This document shows positions 47,216-55,014 of a DNA stretch of 60,355 nucleotides, one piece after another. The first letter of the stretch is position 1; every line of letters begins with the position of its first letter. The stretch is from NCBI GenBank assembly GCA_964368845.1, contig CAYJDF010000002.1, forward strand, positions 1 to 60,355, read 5' to 3'. A program made the translations under genes and the position numbers. Origin of the DNA: an uncultured Desulfovibrionaceae bacterium (GTDB taxonomy: Bacteria > Desulfobacterota > Desulfovibrionia > Desulfovibrionales > Desulfovibrionaceae). The notes under the pieces were generated by a model. The model was not told the DNA's origin and did no database searches. It worked only from the letters and a program-made list of their open reading frames with translations.

Positions 47216-49328
47216 CCTGTTGTGTTTGTTGAATATCTTTCTGTAGATTTCTGGCTGTATTCATTAATGTTTCTGGAGATATACCTTGCTCTCTAGCAGC
47301 CTCAACAACCATGTTCATGAAGTCTCTTTCTTCCTCTTGTTGTTGTAATTGCTGTTGTTTTTGGGCCTGTATTTCTTTTTCAGATAACACAAACTTGTCT
47401 GGCTTGAGTTCAAAAGCTTCTGCTATAGCTCTTATAATATTAGGTCTACGTACAATATTACTATCTTGTGGATTATTAACGATGTTAGCAAAGTTAATAA
47501 GAGATTGTGTGTAGAGCTCTTTAGCTATTAAAGAGGCACTGCCTGTGGCCATAACACCGTAGTCGCCTTTGACATCATCATTGGGAGAGAATTGCATATT
47601 CCATCTATACATAGCTGTAATGAATGGTTTAGTTATACCATCATCAAAGTTCTTTACTTGGTCTTTAAGAGCTGTATTCGCACTGCCCATCAGCATTGAT
47701 ATGCCCGTAGCTGTACGTCCTACTCCTGATGCTGAAGCTTCACCCCACATATTACGAGGAATGGTTGTTACTTCATCAGAGAAGTCTTTAAACATAGCAA
47801 TCATACGCTCAAACTCTTGGGTGTAAGATTGCATTGTGATAGCTCTGATACAAGGATTAGAAGCTTCTACTCCAGTACCTGTACGTAACCATACTTTAAA
47901 AGGATGTACTTCTCTTGGGTCTTCGTCTTCACTCAAAAGGTCTAGGTTTACTTCTATTTGAGGCCCTGCGGAGATAGCTGCGTTATCTAGCATAGCTCTA
48001 AAAGCTGAGTTGATAAGTTCTTGTATATCACTCATGATAGAAGGGATACCTTCACCAAAAATAGACGTTTCGTCTTTATCGTAGTAGTATGCAAAGTACG
48101 GCCACTTAATTCCCTCTATGGGACTTACTGCCGCTTTGATTACTTTATTACCAAGTACCCAAATGTTGGCTGGAATATCTATTAAACCTTTGTATTTCTC
48201 TGGAACTTCTACACCAAACTGTTCTAGGTCATGGGAATCAACGTACCCCCAGTATTCAAGTACCTCATACTTACGGGCGTTGTTTTCTGTGTCTTGTGTA
48301 GTAGATATTACATCGCCAATAGTGTAAAGTGTTTGCTCAAAAGATTTTTTCTCGTAGTCACCAGTGGGATGATTCTCTACGTAGTTCTTAATAGTATCTC
48401 CCGAGAAATCTGGACGTGCGGATAAGGACAACAGGTCGTGCTTATTCATCTTACGTCTTTGTATTACGTAACGAGAGTCTTGAAAAGACGTGGACTCCAT
48501 GTCTGGGTACACATCCCATACTTGTACGTGCTCTATATACGGAATAACTTTGTCAAATTCTTTGAGTAGCCACTTTTCTGTGCCATCTGGTTGTACCTGC
48601 TTGTAGTACTGTGTGTTTTCTACCACAGAAGCAAGGGGGCCTTTAAGGATACCAGTGCCATATAGGTTTCCTGAGTGTAACACTTCCCTAATTGTCTCAC
48701 GATACCGTAATTCTGCTAGTTGGTCTGCGATTAGCGTCTCCATTTTTTTAGATTGCTTCTCTGCTTCTTGTTGAACACGGATATCAAAGACTTCTGGTGT
48801 GATATCTTCCCCAGATTCTTCTTTATAGAGGTCTATAATGGCTGTCTTGCGCTTAGGGCTTAGTTCTGGTAGTGGAGTGGGAGTGATATCCCAATTCTTT
48901 TCCCCATTTGCTGGAAATAATAGGTCAATGAGACGAGAATCTACAGTTTTTACCTTAGTTCTAGACACACGAACAAAAGCTTGTGACCTGTTGGGGCTAA
49001 TTCTAGCTAATGTTCCATCTTCATAGACACCTTTGTACTGTTTTAAAGACCTTACCCAGCCTTCCTCTATGAATCTGCGTGCTTTTTCACTAGATTCAAA
49101 GCAACTATGTACAAACAGAGCTAATAAATCTCCGTGGTCGAGTAAACTGTCCGAGATTTCTTTAGTATCTGCGTCTACAAGAAGGTCTTTGATAAGGTTT
49201 TCTGCTTCTTTTTGTGCTTTAGCAAAGTCTGAAAGCTCTGCCGCAGCTTCTGCTTCCATTATTTTCTCTTCAAGTATGTCATCATAGGACATTTCTTGAG
49301 GTACTGGCTGTGAATTTGGTATAGCCAT
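47199..49328 (-). CDS. Portal protein
   Basis: 709 aa immediately downstream of TerL. Confidence 0.75.
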   Translation of the reverse strand: MAIPNSQPVPQEMSYDDILEEKIMEAEAAAELSDFAKAQKEAENLIKDLLVDADTKEISDSLLDHGDLLALFVHSCFESSEKARRFIEEGWVRSLKQYKGVYEDGTLARISPNRSQAFVRVSRTKVKTVDSRLIDLLFPANGEKNWDITPTPLPELSPKRKTAIIDLYKEESGEDITPEVFDIRVQQEAEKQSKKMETLIADQLAELRYRETIREVLHSGNLYGTGILKGPLASVVENTQYYKQVQPDGTEKWLLKEFDKVIPYIEHVQVWDVYPDMESTSFQDSRYVIQRRKMNKHDLLSLSARPDFSGDTIKNYVENHPTGDYEKKSFEQTLYTIGDVISTTQDTENNARKYEVLEYWGYVDSHDLEQFGVEVPEKYKGLIDIPANIWVLGNKVIKAAVSPIEGIKWPYFAYYYDKDETSIFGEGIPSIMSDIQELINSAFRAMLDNAAISAGPQIEVNLDLLSEDEDPREVHPFKVWLRTGTGVEASNPCIRAITMQSYTQEFERMIAMFKDFSDEVTTIPRNMWGEASASGVGRTATGISMLMGSANTALKDQVKNFDDGITKPFITAMYRWNMQFSPNDDVKGDYGVMATGSASLIAKELYTQSLINFANIVNNPQDSNIVRRPNIIRAIAEAFELKPDKFVLSEKEIQAQKQQQLQQQEEERDFMNMVVEAAREQGISPETLMNTARNLQKDIQQTQQVVSRN

Positions 49329-49331
49329 GCG

Positions 49332-50750
49332 TTAATAGCCTCCAATTGAAGATGCAGCCTTGTAATTAGAGGCTACCTTTTTAAATTTTTTACGTCTCTT
49401 TTGAAAAAAATACTCTAACATAGCGTACTGTAGAGCGTCATGTATGTGTGAGTATTCATTCTTAGATGGCTTTTCTTTGTACATTACACCACTTAGCGTT
49501 CTTGCTTCATCATACTTGTATTCTGATATGAAACCTTTGCGTAAAGCTTGGCAAGTAGGACTAAGTTGAAACTTTCTCTTTAGTCTAAGATAGTGTGTTA
49601 CTGCTTCTCTTCTGTCTGTAGGTACGTTAGTCTTAGCTGTACGTACATTTAAACCACAATCTCTTAGTATATCTATACCAGACTTAGCATCGTTTTGACT
49701 TCTTTGCGTAGTAGCTGGGTCGCAGACACAAACATAGTTATCTTTTATATATGGATACTTAGCCATAATGTAGGGTATCAACATTTCTTCTGCGAACTCT
49801 TGTAGAGAACAGTCTACCGTTGTGATTTCATCAAAAACAATAACAGTACCGTCTGGTGATACTTGTGTAAATGCTGCTGCTGGAGTAAGCCCTTGGTCAA
49901 TTCCTATAATAACTGGTAGTCCCCTTATTGGTTTTAAAGGAGTAGGAGATAAGTGGTCTTCATCAGAGTAGTCTTTATACACTGGTTTACCTGCTTTACG
50001 TTCTCCATAGTTATTCATAAGGTCTGTAGCTATTTGTTCGGGTGTAGCTATCTTAAGAATATTTTCATAGTATGTAGTAGCAAGGTTATCTAGATTCTCT
50101 GCTTCTGGATTTATCCTGTAGACACCTCTAGTATCTTTTATTACTGCTGGAGGTTGTCTATAAAAAGAACAGCCCTCTGGTTTTTCTTCTTCTGCTATTT
50201 TGTATAGCCAATGTTCTGTAGAAACAGCGTTGTAATCAAAAAGAATTTGAGGTTCTATTGCACCCCCATTACGAGAAGAAGGGTATCTATTAGTACGTTC
50301 TGATAAAATAGTAATTAGATATCTTGGTACTTCGTGAGCTTCGTTTACCCAAGCTCCTGTAAATTCCCAAGAACGTAAACGTTCTGCTGAAGCTTCGTCA
50401 TCTACAGCAATGAACATCAGTTCCATGTTTAACTTAGTACCGTCATCTAAATCATAAATAAGTTTCCCAGTTATAGGAGTAGAGTACACTAATTCTATTT
50501 TGTGCTTAAACCATTCTATAAATGTTTTAATCGTAGAAGACCTTAGCTGTGGATATGTAGCTCTTATAACAGCATACCTACTGTGCCTAACTCCATTTTC
50601 ATCAGGAGTTTGTTTGGCTGCATTCATAAGTAAATGCCAAATGCAGCCTGAGCTTTTACCACTACCTACAGGGCCCATTACGAATATAAAACTAGATGCA
50701 TCTCTGTGTATCTTGGCAAATGTAGGAGAGACCTTGTAGGTTATATTCAT
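49332..50750 (-). CDS. terL: Terminase large subunit
   Basis: Walker A GPVGSGKS; Walker B-like WVNEAHE; C-terminal nuclease-like IGIDQG / CDPA segments. Confidence 0.85.
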   Translation of the reverse strand: MNITYKVSPTFAKIHRDASSFIFVMGPVGSGKSSGCIWHLLMNAAKQTPDENGVRHSRYAVIRATYPQLRSSTIKTFIEWFKHKIELVYSTPITGKLIYDLDDGTKLNMELMFIAVDDEASAERLRSWEFTGAWVNEAHEVPRYLITILSERTNRYPSSRNGGAIEPQILFDYNAVSTEHWLYKIAEEEKPEGCSFYRQPPAVIKDTRGVYRINPEAENLDNLATTYYENILKIATPEQIATDLMNNYGERKAGKPVYKDYSDEDHLSPTPLKPIRGLPVIIGIDQGLTPAAAFTQVSPDGTVIVFDEITTVDCSLQEFAEEMLIPYIMAKYPYIKDNYVCVCDPATTQRSQNDAKSGIDILRDCGLNVRTAKTNVPTDRREAVTHYLRLKRKFQLSPTCQALRKGFISEYKYDEARTLSGVMYKEKPSKNEYSHIHDALQYAMLEYFFQKRRKKFKKVASNYKAASSIGGY

Positions 50751-50758
50751 AGCCTCTC

Positions 50759-51103
50759 CTATTTAAGAACATCTATTGTTTTACCAGAGTCATCACAAAG
50801 ATAGGCGAAGCCTGAAAAGGCTATAAATTCTTCTGTAGGTATACCCGTATGTGTTACGTAAAAGGAGATGTTATTAATATACATTTTACCATCTTCTTCA
50901 TGTTGACAGACACCTCTGTTTTCCTTTACAAAATCATCGTGCAATAAAAGTTTTCCTCCAGATAACGGAGCATCTTTATAGTACAGAGTTTTTGTGTTAA
51001 GGTCTACATTAATATCTGTAGTAACATGGCTATCAAAGTCTACAGAAGCTACGTCTTTAACGTAATAAAAGCCGTTAGGCTTATAACATATTTTTAAAAG
51101 CAT
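50759..51103 (-). CDS. Hypothetical protein
   Basis: ORF in the operon. Confidence 0.6.
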   Translation of the reverse strand: MLLKICYKPNGFYYVKDVASVDFDSHVTTDINVDLNTKTLYYKDAPLSGGKLLLHDDFVKENRGVCQHEEDGKMYINNISFYVTHTGIPTEEFIAFSGFAYLCDDSGKTIDVLK

Positions 51104-51129
51104 ACTACTTACTTCCTTTTCTATTTTTA

Positions 51130-51504
51130 TTACTCTGGAAATACAATATTAAGAGCTATTACTTCACCTTGATTTGGATTAGTGTCAATGGCTTTTACTT
51201 TTGGTAAATAGTAATCTGCTAGTTGACAAGCTATCTTATATTGTAATTCATTGCTAGATGTTTTATTTCTAGCTAACCTGATTAATTCGTGGATAGGGTC
51301 GTACTCAAACTCTACAGCCAACCTTTGCATAAGAATATCTCCCTTAGTTGAACCGTTACCTTTGGGAGCTTTGTGTGCTGGAATAGCGTTTGGTTTTTTA
51401 AATTCTTTTTTGAGGTCTTTAATGGAATCATTTGCGAGAAGTTCTAGTTCTTGTTCTTGCCTAGCTTTCTTCTTAGCAAACTTTTTCATTTGTGTAATAT
51501 TCAT
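51130..51504 (-). CDS. Possible terminase small subunit
   Basis: Small basic/helical protein two genes upstream of TerL; ACQLADYYLPKVKAID resembles small-terminase C-terminal regions. Confidence 0.35.
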   Translation of the reverse strand: MNITQMKKFAKKKARQEQELELLANDSIKDLKKEFKKPNAIPAHKAPKGNGSTKGDILMQRLAVEFEYDPIHELIRLARNKTSSNELQYKIACQLADYYLPKVKAIDTNPNQGEVIALNIVFPE

Positions 51505-51506
51505 AA

Positions 51507-51782
51507 TTATGTTCCCCTTATAATTTTACCATCTTGGTATTTAAGGTGATGTCTCAGTTCAATGTTAGTAGCCACATAAGTTTTTTCTAGAGTGTTCATA
51601 TCTATTTCAGCTCTGGAAATCTTTTCCTCTAGTACAGATATCTTAGAACAAAGCTCTGATAGCCTTTTTCTGTTTTGAGACATTTCCTTTATAAGAAGAA
51701 ATAATAGCCCTACTATGACACTAAACGATTGTTTATCTATTTGCGTAATAGCATCAGCTACTACTATAGGTATGTTAATCAT
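51507..51782 (-). CDS. Hypothetical protein with a hydrophobic segment and coiled coil; first gene of the late operon
   Basis: ORF; SFSVIVGLLFLLI segment. Confidence 0.55.
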   Translation of the reverse strand: MINIPIVVADAITQIDKQSFSVIVGLLFLLIKEMSQNRKRLSELCSKISVLEEKISRAEIDMNTLEKTYVATNIELRHHLKYQDGKIIRGT

Positions 51783-51814
51783 AATAGTCCAGCCTTTACA
51801 ATGTGTAATAAAGT

Positions 51815-51875
51815 ATTATACTATTCGTATAATACTTCTGTTCAATTTGTCAAGAGGTATACTAAATTTTATATA
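51815..51875. promoter_or_regulatory. Back-to-back divergent promoters with overlapping -35 hexamers
   Basis: Plus strand: TTGTCA (51847-51852), 17-nt spacer, TATATA (51870-51875). Minus strand: TTGACA (51848-51853), 16-nt spacer, TATACG (51826-51831). Confidence 0.55.
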
Positions 51876-51886
51876 GGAGTAGTATT

Positions 51887-52855
51887 TTGCAAAAGTATTT
51901 ATCAGTACAAGACAACTATCACAACAATGTTACTGGGGGAAAAAGAGCTCCATTGGCTATGCACAGAAGGTATATAGACTACACATTATTCCCAGAATAC
52001 CAGGAGAAGATGGAAGAAGCTTTTCCTTATATGCATCCACTAGAAGTTTCACGATTTGTGCAATTAATCTTTCATGAAATAACAAATCAATTACACGAAA
52101 AGAGAAGTATTAATATACCGTTCTTTGGTAAGTTTTATGTGAGACCTGTTAAAAGATACAAAGCTTTTAGAAGAGATGTATGGAATGGTTATGCTGAATG
52201 GGTATCTCTTAAAACTCCTTTAGAAGACTGGGTTCCTTGCTTTGAACCATCTCCATATCTACAGCACATATCTACAAATAGACATACTCAAATGTGTAAA
52301 GATGAAGAGCACATTTTAACTCAGAGTAAATGTAATATATCTACCACATATAGATGGGATAAAGCTTATCTTAAGTTTAAAAAAAGAGATGATGCTTTAA
52401 GAGAGTGCCCTTATAGTTTAACCACAATGGGTTGGAGTGGATATAAGTATGAAAGAATAATTAAAGAAGGTGTACATAGAGGAGAAACTATTCTTCTTAC
52501 AGCCAATGATGGTGAAGTATATAATATACAAGACGGTATTGATGGTAACCACAAAGAGAAATTTGAAGATGCTTATAGAAAAACTAGAGACTACTTTGAG
52601 TTAGTAGCTGCTAGAAAGATACATATGCTTCGTAAAAAGAATCACTTAAAAAAGATTTGGCACACTACATATTCTAAATATCTTAATGAAGTAAAATACA
52701 AAGATGTACAAGAAATAGAAAGTATGCTAAAAGAAAAAAGAAAAGATACAATAGCTAGTTTCTTTTATGCTCTAAGATTTGGATACTCCTTTGAAATAGG
52801 AGAAAAGAAAAAACTATTTTGCGGTTATATATTTAGTAATAAACACAAAGAATAA
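51887..52855 (+). CDS. Lys-rich protein with an N-terminal HU/IHF-like DNA-binding domain (TTG start; ATG 51959 is an alternative)
   Basis: VSRFVQLIFHEITNQL...INIPFFGKFYVRP...WVPCFEPSPYL follows the HU/IHF pattern (helix, then FG.F.V, arm, V.F.PS..L). Confidence 0.45.
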   Translation: MQKYLSVQDNYHNNVTGGKRAPLAMHRRYIDYTLFPEYQEKMEEAFPYMHPLEVSRFVQLIFHEITNQLHEKRSINIPFFGKFYVRPVKRYKAFRRDVWNGYAEWVSLKTPLEDWVPCFEPSPYLQHISTNRHTQMCKDEEHILTQSKCNISTTYRWDKAYLKFKKRDDALRECPYSLTTMGWSGYKYERIIKEGVHRGETILLTANDGEVYNIQDGIDGNHKEKFEDAYRKTRDYFELVAARKIHMLRKKNHLKKIWHTTYSKYLNEVKYKDVQEIESMLKEKRKDTIASFFYALRFGYSFEIGEKKKLFCGYIFSNKHKE

Positions 52856-52894
52856 ATTCTTTTAAAGTACAAGAAACTTATATACTATAATAGT

Positions 52895-52950
52895 AAAGCT
52901 CCTTAGTTAACTTAGTTATACTTAGTTAATTAAGGAGCTTTATTATTTTA
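52895..52950 (+). terminator. Intrinsic terminator
   Basis: 11-bp stem AAAGCTCCTTA/TAAGGAGCTTT followed by ATTATTTT. The loop contains a 3x CTTAGTTA repeat. Confidence 0.7.
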
Positions 52951-53059
52951 GTTTAGTATAGTATACTAAAGGTATACTTGTAGTAACTTGTATGATTTAT
53001 TTATAAATAGATTTATCACCAACATCATTCAAAGCCAGTTTACGTATAGTACCTTAACA

Positions 53060-53100
53060 ACACACCGTACATCCACCCTTGAGGGGTGGTGTACGTGTGT
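53060..53100. other. Long bulged hairpin (17 bp)
   Basis: ACACACCGTACATCCACCC / GGGTGGTGTACGTGTGT with two single-nt bulges. Confidence 0.5.
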
Positions 53101-53229
53101 GTTGGTACACTTAGTTGCTCGCTTCGCTCACAACCGTTGATGGATACGAACAGTGTCTACGACACTTACCTATAGTATATATACACCCTAAAAATGTTGT
53201 CAAGGGGTAAATGTAAAAAAAGTTTAAAT

Positions 53230-53580
53230 TTATTGCATTTGTATGTATATTTTTATATATTTGTATACGGAGCACCTAAATTTATATGTATATTTATTTA
53301 TATTTTTATATATTTGTATACGTAGTACCTCTTCTCTACGCAAAACAAGGCCGACAAAAACCCATGGTACTCCCCCTGTCCCCCCCCGTATACAAAATAC
53401 AAACACAAATACAAATGCATACACGTATACGTACTTGTACTTGTATACAAATACATACACATATACGTATAAGTACACGTATTCACACACAAATACGCAC
53501 ACATACACATACACACATACATATATGTACTAGTATACACATACATGTACTAATACATACTTATATATCTATATAGAGGT
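53230..53580. repeat. Low-complexity, strand-asymmetric TA/TG to TA/CA repeat block with GTATAC iterons and a central C-tract
   Basis: Left arm is TG/TA-rich and the right arm AC/TA-rich, forming an imperfect large palindrome. Centre is CCCCCTGTCCCCCCCC at 53372-53387. Confidence 0.85.
53246..53330 (+). repeat. Two 32-nt direct repeats (30/32 identical), period 53 nt
   Basis: TATATTTTTATATATTTGTATACGGAGCACCT at 53246-53277 and TATATTTTTATATATTTGTATACGTAGTACCT at 53299-53330. Confidence 0.9.
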
Positions 53581-53680
53581 GGGAAAAGGCAAAAAAAATT
53601 AAAAAATATTTTTCTATTCCGATTATACTTATAAATCACATACTTACGCATAAAAGTACCCATATTTACCCTTTTTATGC

Positions 53681-53716
53681 AAAAAAAGTTATTGACGAGG
53701 CATGTTAGGGTATGGC
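53681..53716 (+). promoter_or_regulatory. Promoter-like unit P1 (A-tract + TTGACG; -10 unclear)
   Basis: AAAAAAAGTTATTGACG is homologous to P2-P5 upstream halves, but no good -10 sits at 16-18 nt. Confidence 0.3.
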
Positions 53717-53797
53717 AAAGTTCACTTGTCAAGAGGTTTTTGTCACTTCTTGATACGGCACTCTTGCCAGATACTTTTTACTTTTAAGGAGTTAGTC

Positions 53798-54445
53798 ATG
53801 GTTAACACACAAATACTTGATTATACTGACAGTTTTATGATTGAAGATGCATGCGCCAATATTTTAGCAGTATGCAAAAAATATGATAAATCTTGCGACA
53901 TTCCTTCTTATCGTAGCTATCAAGCTACGGAAAAAATTGACATTTTAGGGCATTGCGCTAAGGCAATAGCCCTTGCAAAAGGAAAAAAGAAGGTTATACC
54001 TTCCTTTACTCAAATTCTAGCATTAGAATGGGCTAGACATGCAGAAGAACTTGCCGTAGCCTCAAAAAAAGAAGCTGTACGCACTGGCACAGCTTCTTCA
54101 TGTGTAGCAAAGAAGAAGCATATCCCATGCGCTTCTTTGTACTGCAAGCCCACATCAAAAAAAGCTGTGAGTAATGAAGAGCTTACGCAAGCGCAAGGCA
54201 AGCGATTGCAAAAATTGCTTGTCATGGCAGAGCAATCATTTTCTACTTTCGAGAAGCCTACATTTTCAAAGGATTATAAGGATTTAGCCTTATATCCTTC
54301 TGAAATAAAAAGGTTATATGAGAAGGTAGGTAAAGAATTCTTACCTTTTATGGCAAAGATTACGGCACTTTACAAGCGTAAAGGTGCTACGGGACGGCAA
54401 GCGAAAAAGCTTGCCCACGAAGCTTGGCATAGCGTAAATGCCTAG
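53798..54445 (+). CDS. Hypothetical early protein (215 aa; track ORF starts at 53702)
   Basis: AAGGAG SD upstream of ATG 53798; followed by a strong terminator. Confidence 0.7.
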   Translation: MVNTQILDYTDSFMIEDACANILAVCKKYDKSCDIPSYRSYQATEKIDILGHCAKAIALAKGKKKVIPSFTQILALEWARHAEELAVASKKEAVRTGTASSCVAKKKHIPCASLYCKPTSKKAVSNEELTQAQGKRLQKLLVMAEQSFSTFEKPTFSKDYKDLALYPSEIKRLYEKVGKEFLPFMAKITALYKRKGATGRQAKKLAHEAWHSVNA

Positions 54446-54451
54446 CAAAAC

Positions 54452-54488
54452 AAGGCACTTAGTACAAAAGCTAAGTGCCTTTTCTTTT
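54452..54488 (+). terminator. Intrinsic terminator
   Basis: 11-bp stem AAGGCACTTAG/CTAAGTGCCTT followed by TTTCTTTT. Confidence 0.85.
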
Positions 54489-54660
54489 ACCCTTCCATTG
54501 ATAACTATTATCAAGACTAAGCACACTTTTCTATATTCCATATCCTACTACCTAAAAATCTTTTCAAGAGCTTACAAGGCCATTTATGGCTTAAAAAACA
54601 CTATACCTCACTATACATCATATCCACATATACCACTGCACACTTTTTTCTAAAAAGATA

Positions 54661-54699
54661 AAAAAAGTACTTGCACTTTATGCAAAGGTATCGTATAAG
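54661..54699 (+). promoter_or_regulatory. Early promoter P2
   Basis: AAAAAA tract, TTGCAC (54671-54676), 17-nt spacer, TATAAG (54694-54699). Confidence 0.7.
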
Positions 54700-54772
54700 G
54701 GCTTTACAAGGTGAGTGTATCAAGTACGCACACTTTGAACTTCCCTTATACGTGCCAAGCATGTATAAGGTG

Positions 54773-54812
54773 TAAAAAAGTTCTTGACTACTTAGCGCAA
54801 GTTAGGTATAAA
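54773..54812 (+). promoter_or_regulatory. Early promoter P3
   Basis: AAAAAA tract, TTGACT (54784-54789), 17-nt spacer, TATAAA (54807-54812). Confidence 0.75.
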
Positions 54813-54877
54813 GAGCTTCACAAGGTAGTAATGCCTTGTATGTGTACCACGTACACAAAAAAGTTTTTCAAGACTTT

Positions 54878-54917
54878 AAAAAAACTTGTTGACACTCTCA
54901 GTAAAGTTTTTTATAAA
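54878..54917 (+). promoter_or_regulatory. Early promoter P4
   Basis: AAAAAAA tract, TTGACA (54889-54894), 17-nt spacer, TATAAA (54912-54917). Confidence 0.8.
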
Positions 54918-54974
54918 GGTCTTCAAGAGGCGCAAGTCTCTTTCATAGCCGTACTATGTGCGGAAGGAATAGCG

Positions 54975-55014
54975 AAAAAAACTTGTTGACATTATGTCAA
55001 AACACTTGTATAAC
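54975..55014 (+). promoter_or_regulatory. Early promoter P5. Its -35 lies inside the palindrome TTGACATTATGTCAA.
   Basis: AAAAAAA tract, TTGACA (54986-54991), 17-nt spacer, TATAAC (55009-55014). Confidence 0.8.

Noticed and set aside
51847-51858. Exact 12-mer TTGTCAAGAGGT shared by 51847-51858 and 53726-53737, with a related TTGTCAAGGGG at 53199
   Set aside because: By a rough count, of the order of a hundred identical 12-mer pairs are expected by chance in a 60-kb genome, and about one among the intergenic DNA alone. The motif is largely the palindromic -35 TTGACA/TGTCAA plus an SD-like AGAGG, so it is not compelling as a distinct element.
53230-53732. Five overlapping track ORFs (60-96 aa) on both strands with Y/V/C/T/H-only repeats, such as MYVYVCVFVCEYVYLYVYVYVF
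   Set aside because: They are translation artefacts of the TA/CA/TG low-complexity DNA. They have no SD, occur on both strands and in all frames, and their composition is implausible for proteins.
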